From positions 479 to 64,478 of the forward strand of contig JBFMBH010000005.1 in NCBI GenBank assembly GCA_040755095.1: a stretch of DNA of 64,000 nucleotides, in the 5' to 3' direction. Of this stretch, positions 17,935 to 26,829 are shown piece after piece. A program made the position numbers and the translations under genes. This DNA is from Thermodesulfobacteriota bacterium (GTDB taxonomy: Bacteria > Desulfobacterota > Desulfobulbia > Desulfobulbales > JBFMBH01). The notes under the pieces were generated by a model. It was given only the letters and a program-made list of their open reading frames with translations. It was not told the DNA's origin and did not search any database. The number at the start of each line of letters is the position of its first letter. Position 1 is the first letter of the stretch.

Positions 17935-19065
17935 TCAGATCCCGTCCTTGGTGGAATGACATTTGAAACAGCCCGTGCCGGCGGCGGCGCCGGTGGTGCC
18001 CACCACCATGGCTGTCCGGTCCCAGCGCAGCATGTCCGGGAAAGGACTGCCATGGGCGCGGTGGCAGGACAGGCAGATGACCTTGTCGGTGCCTGGACGT
18101 ACGACGTTGGCCGCAAAACCGGTCAGGGTCGGCTCCGGCCGGCCCACCGGCACCTGGGGGTCATAGACCGTGTAGCTGGTGTACTCGGACCCCGCCTCGC
18201 CGGGAATGACCGCATCGGCGGGGTGCCGCAGCCAGGGGCTGGCGCCGCCGCCGTTGTCGGTGCCCATGAAGGTGGTGGCAAAGCCGGGAGAGTGGAAGTT
18301 GTAGTGGCAGCCGGCACAAAACTTGCCAATCGATTGCGGACTCTGGTTGTCCGAGCCGTCGCCGCCGTAATAGGTGTTGTGAGCGGTACCGGTCGGGCTC
18401 TGCTCCCAGTCAGGATCCTCGATGCCAGTGACACCGGCACCGCCCAGGAAATCGTGACCGGAGGGGGCGGCCAGGAAGCGGTACCAGCCGCCGTCTGCGC
18501 CCACCGGCTGGCCGGCCGGGTCGCCGCCGTGGTGCCTGACGCTGTTGTGGCAGCCCTGGCAGCCGTTCTTGCGGCCGCCGGTGGTCTGGGCATCGGTCAG
18601 GGTCAGGGAGACATGGCAGCTGTTGGCGCAGCCGACCGCGCCCGGCGCCACCTCGAGGGCGGCGTCTCTGGCCGAGACGCCCCGGACGTTGTGGCCGTGC
18701 TCGTCGCCCAGCGCGGCCACCCAGTAGAAGTTGCCTCCAGCCAGCGGGTCGGCGGGCGGAACCAGATTGTAGACGATGGGAATGCGGGAATCGGCGACAC
18801 TGACGATGGTTGCCCCGGCACTGCTTGTGTGGCAGCCGACGCAGTCGGTGACCAGGAGGGCGCCCTGGGGGCCGCTACCGGTGCCACCGCTCAGGCTGCC
18901 GCCGCTCCAGCCCGCCCCGGTGCCACTGGCCACCACCGCGGCGCCGGCCTGGCTGTTGTGCATGGTGTGGCAATTGCTGCACAGGCCGCTCACCCGAGCG
19001 TGACTGGTCGATTCCCAGCACAGCACCATGCCCATCGCCAGAGCCATGATCCGTCCGTCGTGCAT
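17935..19065 (-). CDS. OmcS-like multihaem cytochrome c, paralogue 1 (7 haem motifs, one of them CX3CH)
   Basis: Motifs CSNCHTMHNSQ, CVGCH, CANSCH, CQGCH, CAGCH, WLRHP, CLSCHRAHGS and C-terminal GCFKCHSTKDGI. GGAG lies 7 nt before ATG 19065 (MHDGRIMALAMG...). The longer ORF back to 19455 has a Pro/Arg-rich, non-protein-like N-terminus. Confidence 0.8.
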   Translation of the reverse strand: MHDGRIMALAMGMVLCWESTSHARVSGLCSNCHTMHNSQAGAAVVASGTGAGWSGGSLSGGTGSGPQGALLVTDCVGCHTSSAGATIVSVADSRIPIVYNLVPPADPLAGGNFYWVAALGDEHGHNVRGVSARDAALEVAPGAVGCANSCHVSLTLTDAQTTGGRKNGCQGCHNSVRHHGGDPAGQPVGADGGWYRFLAAPSGHDFLGGAGVTGIEDPDWEQSPTGTAHNTYYGGDGSDNQSPQSIGKFCAGCHYNFHSPGFATTFMGTDNGGGASPWLRHPADAVIPGEAGSEYTSYTVYDPQVPVGRPEPTLTGFAANVVRPGTDKVICLSCHRAHGSPFPDMLRWDRTAMVVGTTGAAAGTGCFKCHSTKDGI

Positions 19066-19393
19066 GCCCGTGCTCCATCCGCCATTCGGCGCCGGGGCCG
19101 CGAATCCTTGGCCCCGGTGCAGCGCGCCGCCGGCCGTGCTGGCCTCGGAGCTGCGCTGGCTGGCCCCCCGATCATCACGTGGCCCGGATGGCCGACAAGG
19201 CTTCCTTTTCCCTTTATCGCGGCACTGTTCCGATGTCTTTTCTAGGGGTTGGCGTGAGCTGGCAACACTCAAGCCATAATCCCATAGTACGAAATAGCCC
19301 CTGCCAGGACAATGGAAGCCATTTCTCGGAAGCTTGACCTTGTGGGAAGGGACTTCTCGTAACGTTCCTGGGGCGGGGCCGGGGCAGGACCTT

Positions 19394-19798
19394 TCAGCCA
19401 GCGTTTCCGGCGTTGCGCAGGGTCCGGCTGGGGGGAGTCGGACGGCAGGGGGCACGTTGGGCCGCGAGCCTGTCCAGAAACAGGGACAGCTCCAGAAAGA
19501 GATCCGAGGGCAGCTGGCAGAAGGCGACGCCCAGACGGAAGAGGCGGCGGTGCCCTGCTCCGACCTCGGTGCATGAGGTCACCCGGCCGCTGAGGCGAAC
19601 CCGGGAGGTCAGGCGGAACGGAAACTGGACCACCAGCTCCAGGTGGGCTCCTGGAGGCAGGCACTGCTCGCAGACCAGACAGAGGCCACCCTGGCTCAGG
19701 TCCTGACTCTGGGCCATGCAAAAGGGAGCCTGGGATCCTTGCCGCCGCAGGCTCAGGACCAGCGGGCGGTCAAGACGGCAGTACTGGCGCGTTTCCAT
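19394..19798 (-). CDS. PilZ-domain (putative c-di-GMP binding) protein
   Basis: RQYCRLDRP (RxxxR-like) followed by DLSQGG (D-x-S-x-x-G). GGAGGAG RBS before ATG 19798. Confidence 0.65.
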   Translation of the reverse strand: METRQYCRLDRPLVLSLRRQGSQAPFCMAQSQDLSQGGLCLVCEQCLPPGAHLELVVQFPFRLTSRVRLSGRVTSCTEVGAGHRRLFRLGVAFCQLPSDLFLELSLFLDRLAAQRAPCRPTPPSRTLRNAGNAG

Positions 19799-19841
19799 GG
19801 CTGGCTCTCCTCCTGTCCGGCTGCCGTCCCGTACAAAACGA

Positions 19842-20537
19842 TCACGGGGCAGCTGCGCCGGTTCCCGGCAGCTCGGCGAGGCGCTGCCGGGCCCGGCCGG
19901 CCAACTGCCCATCGGGGTAGCGGTCGATCAATGTCTGGAATCCCTGGCGGGCTGCCGTCAGGTCGCCCAGCTGGCTCTGGGACTCGGCACGGTAGAACAG
20001 CCACAGGGGCGACTTGCTGTCGATCCTGTCCGGGGATGCGGTGGCGGTAGCAGACAACTGCAGGAGCTCGGCCCAGGAGCCGTTCAAATACAACGCCCTG
20101 GCCATGGAGATCTCTGCGGCCGGCAGCACCGGGGAGGCGGGATAGCGGCTTCGGAGCTGGGCACGGCGTGCCAGCGCTGCCGCCACCCGGGGCGGCTGAT
20201 AGTCCCGCAGATCCATCTCGATCAGGCGCCAGTAGCTTTCCTGGGCCAGGGGCACATCCGGACACTGGTCGATGATCTCCTGGTACAGATCCGTCATCCG
20301 CCCCAGGTTCGCGGTCCGGTCCGGTCCTTGCGCCAGGTCGTGGATGGTGGAGAAGAGGGCCATGGCCCTCTTCTCCTGGTCATCACGGGACATCGGCGCC
20401 TTGTGCACGGGGCCCGCCTGGGAATCGGCCGTGATCCCTGCCGCCTCCGGTTGGGCAGCGGGGGCAGACGGCGGCCGCCACAGATGGGGGGCAAGAAGAA
20501 GGCTCGTGATCAGGACGACAAGAGCGGTTGGCGGCAT
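19842..20537 (-). CDS. Exported TPR-like protein (YbgF/BamD-like helical repeats)
   Basis: Signal-like N-terminus MPPTALVVLITSLLLAPHLW; GGAGAAAAAATG start context. C-terminal TPR-like LWLFYRAESQSQLGDLTAARQGFQTLIDRYPDGQLAGRARQRLAEL. Confidence 0.55.
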   Translation of the reverse strand: MPPTALVVLITSLLLAPHLWRPPSAPAAQPEAAGITADSQAGPVHKAPMSRDDQEKRAMALFSTIHDLAQGPDRTANLGRMTDLYQEIIDQCPDVPLAQESYWRLIEMDLRDYQPPRVAAALARRAQLRSRYPASPVLPAAEISMARALYLNGSWAELLQLSATATASPDRIDSKSPLWLFYRAESQSQLGDLTAARQGFQTLIDRYPDGQLAGRARQRLAELPGTGAAAP

Positions 20538-20877
20538 TTTTTCTCCTGGTCGACGCGGTGTTGATCGTTCAACAAGTCGGGGCGCGCAGTGTGATCCATG
20601 CTTCCATGCTAGGCAATGGCCAGCCGCCGGACAAGAGAAGAGAGCTGTGTGTTTCCTGGATCGTGCGTGAATCAGCTTCACATGTGGCGCGAGCCAGCAG
20701 CCAGGCAGGCAGAGGGCAGCGAAAGCTGCATGGGTGGCGCGGCCTTGGCAATGTCGGAGCCATGATTGCCATCCACCGCCCGGGTTGCTATTCTGAACCT
20801 GACCGGGGCTCGGCCCGCTGGACGTGACCGGTGGAGCCGCCTGTTCGCGGGGCGGATCCGGAAGGAGGGAAGCGATC

Positions 20878-21843
20878 GTGCGCAGCACCCGAGGGCTGAG
20901 CCTGGTGCTCGGCCTGGCCATGCTGGTGGGATGCGGGATGGGGCCGGAAGAGAAGCCCGTCCCGGTGGTGGGCATCGTCAATGCGAACCCCGCCATGGGC
21001 AAGGCGGTGGCGGGCTTCCGGGAGGAGTTCGGCCGGGAGCAGCCCGGGGCCGGCCGGGGGGTGCGCTTTGTCGATCCTGGACAGCTGGCGGGCCCTGAAC
21101 AGGTGGACGCCGCCCTTCGGGAGATGGTGGCAGGCAAGGTGGACCTGGTGTTCGTCACCTCCACGCCTACGGCTCTTCAGGCCAAGGAGGTCCTGGCCGG
21201 GCGGGACGTACCGGTGGTCTTCGCGCCGGTATTCAACGTCCTGGCTTCCGGGCTAATGGAGAACCCGATGCGGCCCGGTGGCTTCATGACCGGGATCCAG
21301 GGCGGTGGGCATGCAGGCAAGGCCCTGGAGTGGCATCTGCGGGCAGTGCCCCACGCGCGCCGCCTGCTGGTTCCTCTCTTGCCTGCCGACCCCAGTGCCC
21401 AGCAGTGTCTGGCCGAGCTCCAGGACGCCGCCTTTCCCTTGGGCGTGGAGCTGCTCGTCCGGGAGATCCAGGACGAGACCCAGCTGCGGTCGGTTTCGGA
21501 CGGCCTCCCCGGGGACATCGATGCCTTGTGGCTTCTGAACTCACCCAAGCTGATTCGCCTGGTCAAGCTGTTCACCGAGGTGGCCATCGCGCAAGGCTGG
21601 GTGCTCTCCTCCGCCACCTCCCAGGTCGAGGGCGGGGTCATGGTGTCCTTTGGCCAGGATCTGACCGAGACGGGCCGGCGGGCCGGCCGCCTGGCCAGGC
21701 GCATCCTGGAGGGCGTGCCGCCCGCGCAGATCCCGGTGGAGCCCGCCGAGTACCGCTTGGGCATCAACCTGGGCACCGCCAGGGCCGCCGGGGTGACCAT
21801 TGCGGACGAGGTCCTGCGCCAGGCCGACATCATCGTGCAATGA
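20878..21843 (+). CDS. Lipoprotein, ABC-transporter-type substrate-binding protein (PF04392-like), copy 3
   Basis: GTG 20878 after GGAAGGAGGG; lipobox AMLVGC; paralogous to the copies at 2650 and 6611. Confidence 0.8.
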   Translation: MRSTRGLSLVLGLAMLVGCGMGPEEKPVPVVGIVNANPAMGKAVAGFREEFGREQPGAGRGVRFVDPGQLAGPEQVDAALREMVAGKVDLVFVTSTPTALQAKEVLAGRDVPVVFAPVFNVLASGLMENPMRPGGFMTGIQGGGHAGKALEWHLRAVPHARRLLVPLLPADPSAQQCLAELQDAAFPLGVELLVREIQDETQLRSVSDGLPGDIDALWLLNSPKLIRLVKLFTEVAIAQGWVLSSATSQVEGGVMVSFGQDLTETGRRAGRLARRILEGVPPAQIPVEPAEYRLGINLGTARAAGVTIADEVLRQADIIVQ

Positions 21844-21859
21844 ACGAGGACCTGCTGCT

Positions 21860-24800
21860 GTGACCGGCCGGTCATCGTCCCGGAGCCTCCGGCGCCAGTT
21901 GACGGGAGCCTTCCTGCTGCTGAGCCTGGGGCCGTTGCACATCCTGGGCGTTGTCTTCCTGTGGCAGAGCTGGTCCCTGCAGTTGGAGCAGGCTGTGCGC
22001 CTGCAGATGGAGATCTCGGAGCGGGTGGCGGCGACCATCGTCAGCTATTTCGAGCGCCTCGAGGATCACCTCCTGACGGTGCTGGGCACGGAGCGTCTGG
22101 TCTCCCTGAGCCTCGACCAGCAGCGTTGGCTCCTGGAGCACGCGCGCTCCCATCGCATGAGCTCGACCGACCACCCCCAGGAAGCATTCCAGGAGCTGGC
22201 GCTTCTCGACAGCCGTGGCGTAGAGCGGGCGCGGGTATCCCGGACTGCGGTGGTCACCGGCCCTGACCTGCGGGATCGCTCCCAGGATGACGCATTTGTC
22301 GTGCCCATGATCAGCTCTGCGACGTATTTCGGACCGGTCCATTTCCACGCGGACCTGGGGGAGCCGACCATGACCATGGCGGTCCCGATTCAGGATCTGG
22401 TGCAGGACCGCCGCCGCGGGGTGCTGGCAGCAGAGATTCGCCTGCGGGAGCTGTGGGGGCTCATCACCCAGCTGCGGATCGGGGACAAGGGAGAGGCGTA
22501 TCTCGTCGACGCGAGCGGCGCGGTGGTGGCCCATCGGGATCCATCCGTGGTGCTGCGCGGCACCCGGACCATGCTGCCGGAGCGGCAGGGGCTCCGGCAG
22601 GGCCTGTCCGGCAGGTGGGTGGTGTCCGCTTCTCGGCCGGTGGCGCTGGGCGGCCAACGCCTCGTCATTGTGACGGAAAGGCCCCTCCTGGAGGCCGTGG
22701 GCTTCACCCTCTTTCTTTCCCTGACCATCACCCTGTGTGTGGCCCTGGCGGTGGGCCTGGTGGCGACCCTGGCCATCCTGGTGCGGCGGCGGATCGTGGC
22801 GCCCATCGAGCTTCTGGCCAGAGTTTCCCAGGCCATCAGCAGCGGCGATTTGTCGCGGCGGGTGGAATTCGCCAGCGACAACGAGCTGGGACTCCTGGCC
22901 GACAGCTTCAACCGCATGGCGGCCCGCCTGACTGGGACCATCAGCGCGCTGGAGGCGGGGATCGTCGCCCGGGAAGAGGCCAATGCTGAGCTGGCAGCGG
23001 AGATGGAGCGTCGCCATCAGGCGGAGCGCCAGTGGCAGGAGAGCGAGGCCCGCATGGCCGCCATCGTGCGAGCCTTTGACGGTTTCCTCTATCTGGTCGA
23101 TGCCAGGGGGCGGATCCAATTCATGAACCAGCGCCTCATCGAGCACCTGGGGCGTGACGCCACCGGCGAGCAGTGCTTCGAGGCCCTCCATGATGTCGTT
23201 CCCCCATGCCCCTGGTGCGTGCGGGATGCCGGGGTGGTCCGGGAGACGCTGCGCGTCGAGGGGCGCGCCCCCAGGAACGGCCGCTGGTACTACGCGGTGA
23301 GCACGCCGGTGCAGCACGCTGACGGTTCGTTCTCGCAGCAGATCATGCTCCTCGACATCACCGACCGGAAGCTGGCGGAGCAGCGGCTGGTAGAGGCCCA
23401 CGAGCGGCTGCTGACCGTCTTCGACAGCCTGGATGCGGCGGTCTATGTTGCCGACATGACCACCTACGAGCTGCTGGTGGTGAACCGCAAGGTCAGGGAA
23501 GCCTTCGGCGAGGTGGAGGGACGACTGTGCTACGCGGCCCTGCAGGAGGGGCAGACCGGTCCCTGCTCCTTCTGCACGAACGATCGGCTCCTGGACGAAG
23601 CCGGCTGGCCCACCGGGGTCTGCCAGTGGGAGACCAGGAACCCGGTCACCGGTCGCTGGTACGACCTGCGGGATCAGGCCATTCCCTGGCTGGATGGCCG
23701 CATGGTACGCATGGAGATCGCCACCGATATTACCGAGCGCAAGCTCATGGAGGAGAGCTTGGCTGCCGAGAAGGAGAGGCTGGCGGTGACCCTGGCGGCC
23801 ATTGCCGAAGGGGTGCTGGCCACCGATACTGGCGGTCGGGTCGTGCTCATGAACCGGGTGGCCGCGGAGCTGACCGGCTGGGATCCGGTCGAGGCCATGA
23901 CCAGGACGGTGGCCGAAGTGCTGCCGCTGCTGGATGAGGCCTCCCGTGGGCCCCTGCCCATCGCCGAGCCGCAGGCAGCGGACACCGGCCACAGCGAAGG
24001 GCGGTTTCAGGAGGCGCTGCTACGCTGCCGCAGCGGCCAGGAACGGCCGATCGCCGTGGCGGCGACGCCCATTTTTGACCAGAGCCAGATCCGACTGGGC
24101 GCGGTGTGGGTCTTCCGGGACGTTACCGAAGAGCGACGCCTGGCCCGCCAGCTGCTGGAGGTGGAGCGGCTCCGCTCTCTGGGCACCCTGGCAGCCGGGG
24201 TGGCCCACGAGATCAACAACCCCCTGGCCAGTGCCTCCCTCAATCTCCAGGTTCTGCTCCAGAGGCTGGAGTCCCGCTCGGAGGAGGACCGGCAGGCCTG
24301 TCTGCCCAAGCTGCTGTCGGCGGAGCGCAACATCGAGCGGGCCTCCACCATCGCCCGGGAGCTTCTCCAGTTCTCCCGCCCCGACCGCCCCGGCTGCAGC
24401 ACCCAGCCCCTCGGACTTTGCGAGGTTCTCTCCCACAGTCTGGCCCTCATCGAGGACCGTCTGGGGGGCGTGGTGGTCGATCTGCGGTGCGAAGGCCTCC
24501 CGGAGGTGCCAGGCGATCCCTCGCGGCTGCAACAGGTGTTCACCAATCTGCTGATCAACGCCGTCGAGGCAATGCCCGCCGGCGGCCGGGTCAGTATCAC
24601 GGGCCAGTGCCTGGGCGACCAGGTCGAGATCGCCATCAGCGACGAGGGCGCAGGTATTCCGCCCGCACAGCTCGGCCGGATCATGGATCCGTTCTTCACC
24701 ACCAAGGAGCCCGGCAAGGGCACTGGTCTCGGGCTTTTCGTCTCCTACTGGATCGTCCGGCAGCACGGTGGGATGCTGCGGCTGGAGAACAGACCGGGCG

Positions 24801-24868
24801 GCGGGGCTACAGCATTCATCACTCTACCTGTCTGGAGGGGCCATGCAGCGGATCCTGCTTGTCGATGA
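21860..24868 (+). CDS. Sensor histidine kinase (TM - Cache-like - TM - HAMP - 3 PAS - HisKA - HATPase)
   Basis: H-box LAAGVAHEINNPL; DEGAGI; GKGTGLGLFVSYWIV. The periplasmic domain is paralogous to that of the 3624 kinase (LLDSRGVERARVSR / LVDRSGQERAHVSR). Start assigned to in-frame GTG 21860, just after the SBP3 stop. Confidence 0.88.
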   Translation: MTGRSSSRSLRRQLTGAFLLLSLGPLHILGVVFLWQSWSLQLEQAVRLQMEISERVAATIVSYFERLEDHLLTVLGTERLVSLSLDQQRWLLEHARSHRMSSTDHPQEAFQELALLDSRGVERARVSRTAVVTGPDLRDRSQDDAFVVPMISSATYFGPVHFHADLGEPTMTMAVPIQDLVQDRRRGVLAAEIRLRELWGLITQLRIGDKGEAYLVDASGAVVAHRDPSVVLRGTRTMLPERQGLRQGLSGRWVVSASRPVALGGQRLVIVTERPLLEAVGFTLFLSLTITLCVALAVGLVATLAILVRRRIVAPIELLARVSQAISSGDLSRRVEFASDNELGLLADSFNRMAARLTGTISALEAGIVAREEANAELAAEMERRHQAERQWQESEARMAAIVRAFDGFLYLVDARGRIQFMNQRLIEHLGRDATGEQCFEALHDVVPPCPWCVRDAGVVRETLRVEGRAPRNGRWYYAVSTPVQHADGSFSQQIMLLDITDRKLAEQRLVEAHERLLTVFDSLDAAVYVADMTTYELLVVNRKVREAFGEVEGRLCYAALQEGQTGPCSFCTNDRLLDEAGWPTGVCQWETRNPVTGRWYDLRDQAIPWLDGRMVRMEIATDITERKLMEESLAAEKERLAVTLAAIAEGVLATDTGGRVVLMNRVAAELTGWDPVEAMTRTVAEVLPLLDEASRGPLPIAEPQAADTGHSEGRFQEALLRCRSGQERPIAVAATPIFDQSQIRLGAVWVFRDVTEERRLARQLLEVERLRSLGTLAAGVAHEINNPLASASLNLQVLLQRLESRSEEDRQACLPKLLSAERNIERASTIARELLQFSRPDRPGCSTQPLGLCEVLSHSLALIEDRLGGVVVDLRCEGLPEVPGDPSRLQQVFTNLLINAVEAMPAGGRVSITGQCLGDQVEIAISDEGAGIPPAQLGRIMDPFFTTKEPGKGTGLGLFVSYWIVRQHGGMLRLENRPGGGATAFITLPVWRGHAADPACR

Positions 24869-25496
24869 CGATACGGAGTTCAGGACCAATCTGGAGGAGG
24901 TCCTTGCCGAGGCCGGCTACGAGGTGGCGGCGGCCTCCAACGGCAATGAGGCCCTGGAGCTGCTGCGAGCGGAGAGCTTCGACGTCGCGCTGCTGGACGT
25001 GATGATGCCGGGCATCAAGGGGACTGACCTCCTGACGGCTTTGCGGCTGACCAGGCCGCGGATGCGGATCATCATGCTCACCGCCTTTGCCACGGTGGAG
25101 AATGCCGTGGATGCCATTCACCGGGGGGCCAGTGATTACATCGCCAAGCCGTTCAAGATTCCCAATCTCCTGGTGGCGATCCGCAAGGCGCTGGAGGACG
25201 CCCGGTTCGAGGAGAGCCTGGGCCAGCTGCAGCTGGACCATGCCATCCAGAGCCTTTCCAACTCCATCCGGCGGGGTATCATCTCGTCGCTGGCCCGGGT
25301 CCCCGGCATGCGGCTCATGGAATTGACGCGGGAGCTGGGCGTGGATGACCACACCAAGGTGGTCTTTCACCTGAAGATCCTGCGCGAATCGGCAGTCATC
25401 GAGCAGGGGACGGACAAGGGCTACCGTCTGACCACCGCTGGCCACAACCTGAGCTCCATCCTCAAGCTTCTGGCCGATCGCTTTCCGGGCAGCTGA
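24843..25496 (+). CDS. Response regulator: receiver + ArsR-type winged-helix DNA-binding domain
   Basis: MQRILLVDDD...LLDVMMPGIKG...DYIAKPF, then SIRRGIISSLARVPGMRLMELTRELGVDDHTKVVFHLKILRESAVIEQ. Its start overlaps the kinase stop by 26 nt. Confidence 0.85.
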   Translation: MQRILLVDDDTEFRTNLEEVLAEAGYEVAAASNGNEALELLRAESFDVALLDVMMPGIKGTDLLTALRLTRPRMRIIMLTAFATVENAVDAIHRGASDYIAKPFKIPNLLVAIRKALEDARFEESLGQLQLDHAIQSLSNSIRRGIISSLARVPGMRLMELTRELGVDDHTKVVFHLKILRESAVIEQGTDKGYRLTTAGHNLSSILKLLADRFPGS

Positions 25497-25556
25497 CGCG
25501 GGAGGGGGCAGGACACAAGGCTGCTGCCCGCAGGGAAGAACGCCGGGCGCCGGGGC

Positions 25557-25946
25557 CTATTCGCGGTCGGCGTCGGCGAAGGGGTGGGGGGCGAGCTGGC
25601 GGCGGATGCGGTTGTCTGCATCCAGGAGGATGATGGCCGGCTGGAAATCCGCCAGCTCGGCATCGGAATAGAAGGCGTAGCTGGCCACGATCACCAGGTC
25701 GCCGACCGCCACCTTGCGGGCGGCGGCGCCGTTCACACAGATGATTCCCGAGTCGGGCGGGCCTTCGATCACATAGGTGCTGAACCGTTCTCCGTTGTTG
25801 ATGTCATAGACATCCACCGCCTCGAACGGCAGCAGGCCGACGGCGTCCATGAGGGCCCGGTCCACGGTCAGACTCCCCTCGTACCGGAGGTTGGCGTCGG
25901 TAACCGTGGCCCGGTGGATCTTCGATTTCAGCATCGAGCGCATCAT
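25557..25946 (-). CDS. panD: Aspartate 1-decarboxylase
   Basis: MMRSMLKSKIHRATVTDANLRYEGSLTVD...; 129 aa. Confidence 0.95.
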   Translation of the reverse strand: MMRSMLKSKIHRATVTDANLRYEGSLTVDRALMDAVGLLPFEAVDVYDINNGERFSTYVIEGPPDSGIICVNGAAARKVAVGDLVIVASYAFYSDAELADFQPAIILLDADNRIRRQLAPHPFADADRE

Positions 25947-26812
25947 GACCGGCCTTGCTCCTCGCCGGGCAGCAAGAGCCCGTTGTCGATGAGGCGGGTC
26001 TCCCCTATCCAGACTGCCATGGCCAGAATCGAGCGGCGGTCCACGATCTGCTGGCGGTCCATGGTCTCCTGGTCGACGATGGTGGCGTAGTCGATGCGCG
26101 TGCCGCGGTGGCCGGCGATGGAGGCCCGGACCGCCTCCTCCAGCCGTTCGGACGCGGTCTCGCCGGCCGCCACCAGCTGGCGCGCCAGCTGCAGCCCCTG
26201 CCAAAGGGCCAGGGCTGGCCCCCGCCGTTGCTCATCACTCAGGTAGCGGTTGCGGGAGCTCATCGCCAGGCCGTCCGCTTCCCGCACCGTGGGATGGCCC
26301 ACCACGGTCAGGTCCCAGTCCAGGTCTTGCACCATGCGGCGGATCACTGCCAGCTGCTGCCGGTCTTTCTCGCCGAAGATGGCCACGTGGGGCGCGACGA
26401 TGTGGAAGAGCTTGGCTACCACAGTGGCCACCCCTTCGAAATGCCCCGGCCGACTGGCCCCGCACAGCCCCGCGCCCACCCCCTCGACCCGGATGCGGGT
26501 CCGGTGGCCGGGGGGATACATGGCGGCGGCTGGAGGGGTGAAGAGAACATCGACACCGGCCTTGGCAGCCAGGGCGGTATCCCGGGTCAGATCCCGCGGG
26601 TAGCGCTCCAGGTCCTCGTTGGCCCCGAATTGCAGTGGATTGACGAAAAGACTTGCCACCACCCGATCCGCGTGCCGGTGGCCAGCGGCCATGAGGGCCA
26701 GATGGCCGGCATGGAGAGCGCCCATGGTGGGCACCAGGGCCAGGGTGCGGCCGCTGGCCCGGGCGGCCTTGGACCAGCCGGACATGGCAGCAGGCGAAGC
26801 GATCGTCTCCAT
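25943..26812 (-). CDS. panC: Pantoate--beta-alanine ligase
   Basis: LVPTMGALHAGHLAL...SLFVNPLQFG..EDL..YPR; 289 aa. Its stop overlaps the panD start (ATGA). Confidence 0.93.
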   Translation of the reverse strand: METIASPAAMSGWSKAARASGRTLALVPTMGALHAGHLALMAAGHRHADRVVASLFVNPLQFGANEDLERYPRDLTRDTALAAKAGVDVLFTPPAAAMYPPGHRTRIRVEGVGAGLCGASRPGHFEGVATVVAKLFHIVAPHVAIFGEKDRQQLAVIRRMVQDLDWDLTVVGHPTVREADGLAMSSRNRYLSDEQRRGPALALWQGLQLARQLVAAGETASERLEEAVRASIAGHRGTRIDYATIVDQETMDRQQIVDRRSILAMAVWIGETRLIDNGLLLPGEEQGRS

Positions 26813-26829
26813 GAGGGTACTGGGAGGAA

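Noticed and set aside
19066-19455. N-terminal extensions of several tracked ORFs: 17935..19455, 41839..43008, 45566..46834, 15477..18116, 19842..21164, 26830..29148, 60433..61968, 35058..36311
   Set aside because: The extensions are Pro/Arg/Gly-rich and have no RBS. Internal ATG/GTG codons preceded by GGAG-type sites give canonical signal peptides or known N-termini, so the shorter models were used.
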